A stretch of DNA of 64,000 nt from Ranitomeya imitator (Eukaryota), in contig NC_091284.1 of NCBI RefSeq assembly GCF_032444005.1, forward strand, positions 829,436,001 through 829,500,000, written 5' to 3'. A program made the translations under genes and the position numbers. The notes under the pieces were generated by a model. It was given only the letters and a program-made list of their open reading frames with translations. It did no database searches and was not told where the DNA came from. Below are positions 1 through 10,803 of this stretch, piece by piece; the stretch's first letter is position 1; each line of letters opens with the position of its first letter.

Positions 1-214
1 GCACTTAGCTATACAGAGCAGCAGGACACAGGAACAATCAGGAGAAGCTCAGATCCAACACTGAAACATTGACAAGGAGCAAGGATAGCAGCATCAGGCG
101 GAGTTAAGTAACGAAGCAGTTAACGAGCTCACCAGAACACCTGAGGGAGGAAGCTCAGAAGCTGCAGTACCACTTGTGACCACAGGAGTGAATTCAGCCA
201 CAGAATTCACAACA
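1..214 (-). mobile_element. Probable LTR fragment (runs off the window start)
   Basis: Minus strand begins TGTTGTGAATTC..., an LTR-like TG terminus. The other end and a TSD are not visible. Confidence 0.3.
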
Positions 215-421
215 ATAATCATTCCAATATACAAGGTATTGGGCAAGTGCCACAGCCATGATAGAAAATATAATGTACAGCATACAATGTTAGTGCATAC
301 CTAATAGGCACAGGAAGAATGGGTGACCAGGCCCAACCCCGACGCGCGTTTCGGAGCGCGATGCTCCTTCATCAGTCTGGTGCCATATCTGTGATGGCGC
401 AGTCTCATTCCATATGGGAGA

Positions 422-800
422 TTAAAGTCCATCTTCCTGGGGAGTCTCCTTGGTGCGGCCATTGAGTATATGAAGTTCTAAACTTTTTACGCTCAGGATC
501 TTTTTGGCACTTTTGTAGACTGTACTGTCGTAGCCGTTTCTCCCTCTGCGCACTGAGTCATGGCCGTCAGTCTCTGCTCCAAATATGTAGATGTTTCCAT
601 CCGTGGTCAGAAAGTCTTTTTCTCTCCCAATTCTTGCATTGAGGTCTCCAAAGATGAGAACTTCGCCCAGGGCCTGATAACGGGCGGCTTCAGCTGTGGT
701 CCATGTCTCCAGGAGGATCTGAAAGTCTACACTATTCATTCTATGCTAAGCCATGGCAATGCCCTGCACATGGGGTAAGCGACACGGCGAATCAGAAGAA
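422..800 (-). pseudogene. Decayed LINE apurinic endonuclease fragment
   Basis: ORF 422-739 contains ILLETW...IFGDLNARIG...ILNGRT, matching the ETW and GDFNA motifs of non-LTR endonucleases. No RT domain follows. Confidence 0.55.
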
Positions 801-1680
801 CTATACTACATTTCTGAATGGAGGCATTTGCTAATATTATCATTATTACACCCACCATATATCGGGATAGGATCTTGGAGTTGGGAAGACCCCGCTAAGG
901 CTCGGTATCTGGCCCATTACACATGGAGGAAGTGATACAATGCGATTACTTCATGTTCTGTTGTAGATAAAGACATTTCCTTCCCTGTGTTTAATGTAGC
1001 GGGAAGATAAATGTGTCGGTTCTGTGTCGGGCGCTGCGTGCCAGGATCATAGCGTCCAGGGCCGGCGGTGAATATTGCCAGCGCCGTGTGCCCATTTATG
1101 GCTCCCAAATATCAATATAGTCACTAGAAACGGGGAAAACCGGGGTGGGGAGGGGGTCCGCACAGGATCGAAACCTGAAAGAGTTAAATTAGAAACTGAA
1201 CACAGGGAAAAGGGGCACTTATCTGAAGATCAGAGGAAAGGTCCGAAAATATTCAGTGAAGGAAATCGTCGCATATCGTTCCTAGGATACAGGGGGAGAT
1301 GACGGCGCGGGGGTCCGGATCTACAGGGAGTCTCAGCAGTTATTAGTTTCGCTGGTCAGGGGTCTTGTCTGGGGTCACATTTAGGGGCTGGCTGCTCAGG
1401 TGGTCTGTGTTTACGGGTCAGGTTTGGAATCTGTTTATGGGTCAGGTCGGGCGTCTATATTGTTGGGGGGTCTGGACGAGGATCTGTATTAGTTGTGGTG
1501 GTCTTATTTGGAATCTGTAGTTTAGGGGCTGTGGTCTGGTGTTTGTATTTGTTTAGGAGCCTGGTCTGGGGTCTTTATTAGTTTAAGGGGTCTTGCCTTG
1601 CATCTCTATTATTTAGGGGGGTTGGATTGGGGTCTGCATTATTTTAAAGGGTCTGATGTAGAATCAGTGTTAGCTTAAGG

Positions 1681-1866
1681 CAGTGGTCCCCAACTCCAGG
1701 CCTCGAGGGCCGCCAACAGCGCAGGTTTTCTGGATTTCTTTAGTATTGCACAGGGGTTGGAATCATCACCTGTGCAGATGATCACATTACCACCGATGCA
1801 ATACTAAAGAAATCCTGAAAACCTGCACTGTTAGCGGCCCTCGAGGCCTGGAGTTGGGGACCACTG
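1681..1866. mobile_element. hAT-type MITE
   Basis: Long TIR CAGTGGTCCCCAACTCCAGGCCTCGAGGGCC; 8-bp flanks GCTTAAGG/CCTTAAGG (7/8 TSD match). Confidence 0.85.
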
Positions 1867-2039
1867 CCTTAAGGGTTGTGGTCTGGGGTCCCCATTGACT
1901 TAGAAGACTGATGTAGAGTCTGTATTTGTTTAAAAGGTCTGATATGGGGGCTGTATTAAATTAGGGGGTCTTGTCTGGGGTCTATATTTGCTTTTGAAGT
2001 CAGGGAGCTGTATTTGTTTATGGGAACTTGTCCGGCATC

Positions 2040-2352
2040 TGTATTATTTAGGGGGGCTGGTCTGGGATCTCTTGTTGTTTACAGGGGCTGATCTGGGATA
2101 CCCAGTTCTTTAGGAGGGCTGGACTGGGATCTCTAGTTATTTAGGGGGCTGGTCTGGGACCCCTAGTTGTTTAGGGGGGCTGGTCTAGGATCTCTTGTTG
2201 TTTACAGGGGCTGATCTGGGATACCCAGTTCTTTAGGATCCCTGGACTGGGATCTCTAGTTATTTAGGGGGCTGGTCTGGGACCCCTAGTTGTTTAGTGG
2301 GGCTGGTCTAGGATCTCTAGTTGTTTAGGGGGGCTGGTCCTGGGATCTCTAG
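2040..2352. repeat. 31-bp minisatellite A, left block
   Basis: Unit GGGGGGCTGGTCTGGGATCTCTAGTTGTTTA; the same unit resumes at about 3540. Confidence 0.8.
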
Positions 2353-3537
2353 TAGATGTTCGGGTAGGGAGGGTTTGGATGAACAGTTACAAAACGTTAA
2401 GGTTCGGGAACAGTACCCGGACCCGAACCCTATTCACTTGAATGGGGGGCCCGAACATCCAGTATTTGCCGCGCAGTCATGCGCATGACAGTGCGGCAAA
2501 CACCGCTTCTGATCGGCGGTGAAATCATCCCTGCCGGTCAGAGAGCTGCGGTTCCCACACTGTTACCGGATGTATAACGTTTACCTCCGGTCACTGGTGT
2601 CAGCTGATGAGACTACTTCTCCTATCATTCGACACCTGCTGCCGCTAATAACAGTGACAGCAGGAGCGGCTGATGGGAGTATTCATCACCCGCTCCTGTG
2701 CTGTAAATAAATAATTTTAAAAAAAACAGCGTGGGTTCCCCTGTATTTTTGATAACCAGCCAGGCCAAACTGACAGCTGGTTTTTAAAAAAAAAAACGGT
2801 GTCCGCCCCATTTTTGACAACCAGCCTTGAAAAAGCAGACAGCTGGGGGCTGGTATTCTCAGGCTGGAAAGGGGCCATAGATATTGTCCCCCCCCCCAGC
2901 CTAAATATAGCAGCCCGCAACTGACCAGAAAAGGCACATCTAGCCCAAGAATACCAGCCCCCAGCTGTCTGCTTTAGCACGGCTGGTTGTCAAAAATGAG
3001 GGGGACCCCACGCAGTTTATTTTTTAATTATTTAGTGATAGCCAGCCTTGCTGAAGCTGACAGCTGAGGGTTGTAGCCCCCCCAGCTGTGAGTTTTGCCT
3101 GGCTGGTTATCAAAAATACAGGGGAACCACAAAGGTTTTTTTTTAATTATTTACTGACAGCACAGGAGCCGGCTAATGAATACTCCCTCCGCCTCTCCTG
3201 CTATTAGCGGCAGCAGGTGTTGGATGATGGGAGCAGTAGTCCCATCCGCTGACACCAGTGACCGGAGGTGAGCTTTATACCTCCGATCACAGCTGAGTGC
3301 TCCTCTGACAAGGTGGGAACCGCGGCTCTGACCGGCAGGATGATTTCACCGCAGATCAGAAGCGGTGGTGGCCGTGCTGCCATGCACATGACAGAGCGAC
3401 AAACACCCGGGGATCGGGCAGCCGAACCCGAACAGTAACATGGACTTCCTGGTAAAGTCCGTGTTCAGTGTCCGTGCCTGAACAGTAGGTGTTTGGTACG
3501 GACGCTGAACTTTACTGTTCAGGTTCGCCCATCTCTA
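2353..3537. mobile_element. MITE-like insertion splitting minisatellite A
   Basis: Right end GTTCGCCCATCTCTA resembles a hAT-MITE TIR; internal inverted segments (about 2470-2790 vs 2960-3400); left end degenerate. Confidence 0.5.
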
Positions 3538-3539
3538 AT

Positions 3540-5600
3540 CTCTAGTTGTTTAGGGGGGCTGGTCTGGGATCTCTAGTTGTTTAGGGGGGCTGGTCTGAAA
3601 TCGCTAGTTGTTTAGGGGAGCTGGTCTGGGATCTCTAGTTGGTTAGGGGGGCTGGTATGGGATCTCTAGTTATTTAGGGGGGTTAGTATGGGATCTCTAG
3701 CTGTTTAGGGGGGCTGGGCTAGGATCTCTAGTTGTTTAGGGGGGCTGGTCTGGGATCGCTAGTTGTTTAGGGGGGCTGGTCTGAGATCTCTAGTTGTTTA
3801 GGGGGGTTAGTATGGGATCTCTAGCTGTTTAAGGGGGCTGGTCTGGGATCTCTAGTTGTTTAGGGGGGTTAGTATGGGATCTCTAGCTGTTTAGGGGGGC
3901 TGGTCTGGGATCTCTAGTTGTTTAGGGGGGCTGGTCTGGGATCTCTAGTTGTTTAGGGGGGCTGGTCTGAGATCGCTAGTTGTTTAGGGGAGCTGGTCTG
4001 GGATCTCTAGTTGGTTAGGGGGTTAGTATGCGATCTCTAGCTGTTTAGGGGGGCTGGTCTGGGATCTCTAGTTGTTTAGGGGGGCTGGTCTGGGATCTCT
4101 AGTTGTTTAGGGGGGCTGGTCTGAAATCGCTAGTTGTTTAGGGGAGCTGGTCTGGGATCTCTAGTTGGTTAGGGGGTTAGTATGCGATCTCTAGCTGTTT
4201 AGGGGGGCTGGTCTGGGATCTCTAGTTGTTTAGGGGAGCTGGTCTGGGATCTCTAGTTGGTTAGGGGGGGCTGGTATGGGATCTCTAGTTGTTTAGGGGG
4301 GCTGGTCTGGGATCTCTAGTTATTTAGGGGGGTTAGTATGGGATCTCTAGCTATTTAGGGGGGCTGGGCTAGGATCTCTAGTTGTTTAGGGGGGCTGGTC
4401 TGGGATCTCTAGTTGTTTAGGGGGGCTGGTCTGAGATCTCTAGTTGTTTAGGGGGTTAGTATGGGATATCTAGCTGTTTAAGGGGGCTGGTCTGGGATCT
4501 CTAGTTGTTTAGGGGGGCTGGTCTGGGATCTCTAGTTGTTTAGGGGGTTAGTATGCGATCTCTAGCTGTTTAGGGGGGCTGGTCTGGGATCTCTAGTTGT
4601 TTAGGGGGGCTGGTCTGGGATCTCTAGTTATTTAGGGGGGCTGGTCTGAGATCGCTAGTTGTTTAGGGGAGCTGGTCTGGGATCTCTAGTTGGTTAGGGG
4701 GGCTGGTATGGGATCTCTAGTTGTTTAGGGGGGCTGGTCTTGGATCTCTAGTTGTTTAGGGGGGTTAGTATGGGATCTCTAGCTGTTTAGGGGGGCTAGT
4801 CTGGGATCTCTAGTTGTTTAGGGGGGCTGGTCTGGGATCTCTAGTTGTTTAGGGGGGTTAGTATGGGATCTCTAGCTGTTTAGGGGGGCTGGTCTGGGAT
4901 CTCTAGTTGTTTAGGGGGGCTGGTCTGAGATCTCTAGTTGTTTAGGGGGGCTGGTCTGAGATCGCTAGTTGTTTAGGGGAGCTGGTATGGGATCTCTAGT
5001 TGTTTAGGGGGGCTGGTTTGGGATCTCTAGTTGTTTAGGGGGGTTAGTATGGGATCTCTAGTTGTCTAGGGGGGCTGGTCTGGGATCTCTAGTTGTTTAG
5101 GGGGGCTGGTCTGGGATCTCTAGTTGTTTAGGGGAGCTGGTCTGGGATCTCTAGCTGTTTAGGGAGCTGGTCTGAGATCTCTAGTTGCTTAGGGGGGCTG
5201 GTCTGAGATCTCTAGCTGTATAGGGGGCTGGTCTGAGATCTCTAGTTGCTTAGGGGGGCTGGTCTGGGATCTCTAGTTGTTTAGGGGGGCTGGTCTGGGA
5301 TCTCTAGTTGTTTAGGGGGTTGGTCTGGGATCTCTAGTTGTTTAGTGGCTCTGGTCTGGGATCTCCAGTTGTTTAGGGGTCTGGTCTGGGATCTCTAGTT
5401 GTTTAGGGGGGCTGGTCTGGGATATCTAGTTGTTTAGGGGGCTGGTCTGGGATCTCTAGTTGTTTAGGGGGGTTGGTCTGGGATCTCTAGCTGTTTAGGG
5501 GGCTGGTCTGGGATCTCTAGATGTTTAGGGGGGCAGGTCTGGAATCTAGTTGTTTAGGGGGCTGGTCTGGGATCTCTACTTGTTTAGGGGGGCTGGTCTG
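3540..5600. repeat. 31-bp minisatellite A, main block (about 66 units)
   Basis: Period 31 (e.g. TGGTCT at 3901 and 3932); most units contain TTAGGG. Confidence 0.95.
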
Positions 5601-5980
5601 AATTGATTTTAAAGTCTAGTTTGGGGTACTTATTAGTTTAGGGTCTGGGGTCTATTTTGATTTAGCAGATCTATATTTGTATGGGGGGGAGGATCTGGTC
5701 TGGGGTCTGTATTGACTTTGTGGTCCCATGGACATTTGTATGTGTGGTAGGTCGGATGCTTTATCTTGTATAATGGACGAGGCATAAAACCAACACTTTT
5801 CCTCTTTGGAGCTGAGGTGACAGGACTACAAGCTCCTGGGTCCATGTGCCTGCTGTGACTTGTGGTTCCCTTTCTGCCTGTCCTCTCCCTCCCACCTCTA
5901 ATATTCGGCCTCTCCCCATTGTGGTGTTCGGGGTCTCGCCCATTGATGTCACGGGATTGTACTGGGCGGTCACCGCTTAT

Positions 5981-8900
5981 CTCCAGGGATTAGGGGCAGC
6001 GGTGCTCGGGGCTCCAGGGATTAGGGGCAGCGGTGCTCGGGGCTCCGGGGATTAGAGGCAGCGGTGCTCGGGGCCCCGGGGATTAGAGGCAGCGGTGCTC
6101 GGGGCTCCGGGGATTAGAGGCAGCGATGCTCGGGGCCCCGGGGATTAGAGGCAGCGGTGCTCGGGGCTCCGGGGATTAGAGGCAGCGGTGCTCGGGGCCC
6201 CGGAGATTAGAGGCAGCGGTGCTCGGGGCCCCGGAGATTAGAGGCAACGGTGCTCGGGGCTCCGGGGATTAGAGGCAGCGGTGCTCGGGGCCCCGGGGAT
6301 TAGAGGCAGCGGTGCTCGGGGCCCCGGGGATTAGAGGCAGCGGTGCTCGGGGCCCCGGGGATTAGAGGCAGCGGTGCTCGGGGCCCCGGGGATTAGAGGC
6401 AGCGGTGCTCGGGGCTCCGGGGATTAGAGGCAGCGGTGCTCGGGGCCCCGGGGATTAGAGGCAGCGGTGCTCGGGGCCCCGGGGATTAGAGGCAGCGGTG
6501 CTCGGTGCCCCGGGGATTAGAGGCAGCGGTGCTCGGGGCCCCGGGGATTAGAGGCAGCGGTGCTCGGGGCCCCGGGGATTAGAGGCAGCGGTGCTCGGGG
6601 CCCCGGGGATTAGAGGCAGCGGTGCTCGGGGCCCCGGGGATTAGAGGCAGCGGTGCTCGGGGCTCCAGGGATTAGGGGCAGCGGTGCTCGGGGCTCCGGG
6701 GATTAGAGGCAGCGGTGCTCGGGGCCCCGGGGATTAGAGGCAGCGGTGCTCGGGGCTCCGGGGATTAGAGGCAGCGGTGCTCGGGGCTCCGGGGATTAGA
6801 GGCAGCGGTGCTCGGGGCCCCGGGGATTAGAGGCAGCGGTGCTCGGGGCCCCGGGGATTAGAGGCAGCGGTGCTCGGGGCTCCGGGGATTAGAGGCAGCG
6901 GTGCTCGGGGCTCCGGGGATTAGAGGCAGCGGTGCTCGGGGCCCCGGGGATTAGAGGCAGCGGTGCTCGGGGCCCCGGGGATTAGAGGCAGCGGTGCTCG
7001 GGGCTCCGGGGATTAGAGGCAGCGGTGCTCGGGGCCCCGGGGATTAGAGGCAGCGGTGCTCGGGGCCCCGGGGATTAGAGGCAGCGGTGCTCGGGGCCCC
7101 GGGGATTAGAGGCAGCGGTGCTCGGGGCTCCGGGGATTAGAGGCAGCGGTGCTCGGGGCTCCGGGGATTAGAGGCAGCGGTGCTCGGGGCCCCGGGGATT
7201 AGAGGCAGCGGTGCTCGGGGCCCCGGGGATTAGAGGCAGCGGTGCTCGGGGCCCCGGGGATTAGAGGCAGCGGTGCTCGGGGCTCCGGGGATTAGAGGCA
7301 GCGGTGCTCGGGGCTCCGGGGATTAGAGGCAGCGGTGCTCGGGGCCCCGGGGATTAGAGGCAGCGGTGCTCGGGGCCCCGGGGATTAGAGGCAGCGGTGC
7401 TCGGGGCTCCGGGGATTAGAGGCAGCGGTGCTCGGGGCCCCGGGGATTAGAGGCAGCGGTGCTCGGGGCCCCGGGGATTAGAGGCAGCGGTGCTCGGGGC
7501 CCCGGGGATTAGAGGCAGCGGTGCTCGGGGCTCCTGGGATTAGGGGCAGCGGTGCTCGGGGCTCCGGGGATTAGAGGCAGCGGTGCTCGGGGCCCCGGGG
7601 ATTAGAGGCAGCGGTGCTCGGGGCTCCGGGGATTAGAGGCAGCGGTGCTCGGGGCTCCGGGGATTAGAGGCAGCGGTGCTCGGGGCCCCGGGGATTAGAG
7701 GCAGCGGTGCTCGGGGCCCCGGGGATTAGAGGCAGCGGTGCTCGGGGCTCCGGGGATTAGAGGCAGCGGTGCTCGGGGCTCCGGGGATTAGAGGCAGCGG
7801 TGCTCGGGGCCCCGGGGATTAGAGGCAGCGGTGCTCGGGGCCCCGGGGATTAGAGGCAGCGGTGCTCGGGGCTCCGGGGATTAGAGGCAGCGGTGCTCGG
7901 GGCCCCGGGGATTAGAGGCAGCGGTGCTCGGGGCCCCGGGGATTAGAGGCAGCGGTGTTCGGGGCCCCGGGGATTAGAGGCAGCGGTGCTCGGGGCCCCG
8001 GGGATTAGAGGCAGCGGTGCTCGGGGCCCCGGGGATTAGAGGCAGCGGTGCTCGGGGCCCCGGGGATTAGAGGCAGCGGTGCTCGGGGCTCCGGGGATTA
8101 GAGGCAGCGGTGTTCGGGGCCCCGGGGATTAGAGGCAGCGGTGCTCGGGGCCCCGGGGATTAGAGGCAGCGGTGCTCGGGGCCCCGGGGATTAGAGGCAG
8201 CGGTGCTCGGGGCCCCGGGGATTAGAGGCAGCGGTGCTCGGGGCTCCGGGGATTAGAGGCAGCGGTGCTCGGGGCCCCGGGGATTAGAGGCAGCGGTGCT
8301 CGGGGCTCCGGGGATTAGAGGCAGCGGTGCTCGGGGCCCCGGGGATTAGAGGCAGCGGTGCTCGGGGCCCCGGGGATTAGAGGCAGCGGTGTTCGGGGCC
8401 CCGGGGATTAGAGGCAGCGGTGCTCGGGGCTCCGGGGATTAGAGGCAGCGGTGCTCGGGGCTCCGGGGATTAGAGGCAGCGGTGCTCGGGGCCCCGGGGA
8501 TTAGAGGCAGCGGTGCTCGGGGCCCCGGGGATTAGAGGCAGCGGTGCTCGGGGCTCCGGGGATTAGAGGCAGCGGTGCTCGGGGCCCCGGGGATTAGAGG
8601 CAGCGGTGCTCGGGGCCCCGGGGATTAGAGGCAGCGGTGCTCGGGGCCCCGGGGATTAGAGGCAGCGGTGCTCGGGGCTCCTGGGATTAGGGGCAGCGGT
8701 GCTCGGGGCTCCGGGGATTAGAGGCAGCGGTGCTCGGGGCCCCGGGGATTAGAGGCAGCGGTGCTCGGGGCTCCGGGGATTAGAGGCAGCGGTGCTCGGG
8801 GCTCCGGGGATTAGAGGCAGCGGTGCTCGGGGCCCCGGGGATTAGAGGCAGCGGTGCTCGGGGCCCCGGGGATTAGAGGCAGCGGTGCTCGGGGCTCCGG

Positions 8901-10403
8901 GGATTAGAGGCAGCGGTGCTCGGGGCTCCGGGGATTAGAGGCAGCGGTGCTCGGGGCCCCGGGGATTAGAGGCAGCGGTGCTCGGGGCCCCGGGGATTAG
9001 AGGCAGCGGTGTTCGGGGCCCCGGGGATTAGAGGCAGCGGTGCTCGGGGCTCCGGGGATTAGAAGTAGCGGTGCTCGGGGCTCCGGGGATTAGAGGCAGC
9101 GGTGCTCGGGGCTCCGGGGATTAGAGGCAGCGGTGCTCGGGGCCCCGGGGATTAGAGGCAGCGGTGCTCGGGGCCCCGGGGATTAGAGGCAGCGGTGCTC
9201 GGGGCTCTGGGGATTAGAGGCAGCGGTGCTCGGGGCCCCGGGGATTAGAGGCAGCGGTGCTCGGGGCCCCGGGGATTAGAGGCAGCGGTGTTCGGGGCCC
9301 CGGGGATTAGAGGCAGCGGTGCTCGGGGCCCCGGGGATTAGAGGCAGCGGTGCTCGGGGCCCCGGGGATTAGAGGCAGCGGTGCTCGGGGCCCCGGGGAT
9401 TAGAGGCAGCGGTGCTCGGGGCTCCGGGGATTAGAGGCAGCGGTGTTCGGGGCCCCGGGGATTAGAGGCAGCGGTGCACGGGGCCCCGGGGATTAGAGGC
9501 AGCGGTGCTCGGGGCCCCGGGGATTAGAGGCAGCGGTGCTCGGGGCTCCGGGGATTAGAGGCAGCGGTGCTCGGGGCCCCGGGGATTAGAGGCAGCGGTG
9601 CTCGGGGCCCCGGGGATTAGAGGCAGCGGTGCTCGGGGCCCCGGGGATTAGAGGCAGCGGTGCTCGGGGCCCCGGGGATTAGAGGCAGCGGTGCTCGGGG
9701 CTCCGGGGATTAGAGGCAGCGGTGCTCGGGGCCCCGGGGATTAGAGGCAGCGGTGCTCGGGGCTCCGGGGATTAGAGGCAGCGGTGCTCGGGGCCCCGGG
9801 GATTAGAGGCAGCGGTGCTCGGGGCCCCGGGGATTAGAGGCAGCGGTGTTCGGGGCCCCGGGGATTAGAGGCAGCGGTGCTCGGGGCTCCGGGGATTAGA
9901 GGCAGCGGTGCTCGGGGCTCCGGGGATTAGAGGCAGCGGTGCTCGGGGCCCCGGGGATTAGAGGCAGCGGTGCTCGGGGCCCCGGGGATTAGAGGCAGCG
10001 GTGCTCGGGGCCCCGGGGATTAGAGGCAGCGGTGCTCGGGGCCCCGGGGATTAGAGGCAGCGGTGCTCGGGGCCCCGGGGATTAGAGGCAGCGGTGTTCG
10101 GGGCCCCGGGGATTAGAGGCAGCGGTGCTCGGGGCTCCGGGGATTAGAAGTAGCGGTGCTCGGGGCTCCGGGGATTAGAGGCAGCGGTGCTCGGGGCTCC
10201 GGGGATTAGAGGCAGCGGTGCTCGGGGCCCCGGGGATTAGAGGCAGCGGTGCTCGGGGCTCCGGGGATTAGAGGCAGCGGTGCTCGGGGCCCCGGGGATT
10301 AGAGGCAGCGGTGTTCGGGGCCCCGGGGATTAGAGGCAGCGGTGCTCGGGGCCCCGGGGATTAGAGGCAGCGGTGCTCGGGGCCCCGGGCATTAGAGGCA
10401 GCG
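5981..10403. repeat. 31-bp GC-rich minisatellite B (about 142 units)
   Basis: Unit GGGGATTAGAGGCAGCGGTGCTCGGGGC(C/T)CC; period 31 (TAGAGG at 6301 and 6332). Confidence 0.97.
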
Positions 10404-10404
10404 G

Positions 10405-10803
10405 CCCCTCAGCTATAGGGGAAATCCCTCCCGGACCCTCAGTAATGGGCTCATCTCACAGAAAACGCGTCCGTGCCGCAGACACAATCCAGGATTAGTT
10501 CCCCCCGTGTCTGTGACTGGCGGCGACACGGACGCGTTTTTCCATATCTGTGACTCCAGAGACCCCGTCAGAGAGAAGAGAACGATGAACCTACCGGGGT
10601 CCGCGGTGCTGGACGTGACCGCAGCGGGGGCGACAGCTGTCAGCGGCGGCGTCCTGTCCTGAGGTAACGGCAGCAGATGAGGCTGAGGGGAGCGGGACGG
10701 GAAGAAGGGGACCCTCCCAAACTGACGGGACCCTCCCAAACTGCCCCCTGCTCCTACTGGCTGCAGCGTCCGAGGAGGGGCGCAGCTGAGCGTCCCACTG
10801 CCT
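10405..10803. promoter_or_regulatory. CpG-rich unique island, possible promoter or first exon
   Basis: CpG-dense non-repetitive 400 bp between two arrays; minus-strand donor-like CCG|GTAGGT at 10595/10594; no clear coding frame. Confidence 0.35.

Noticed and set aside
335-375. Penelope-like terminal motif CCGACGCGCGTTTCG...CTTCATCAG
   Set aside because: Too short, with no accompanying RT or GIY-YIG sequence to support a call.
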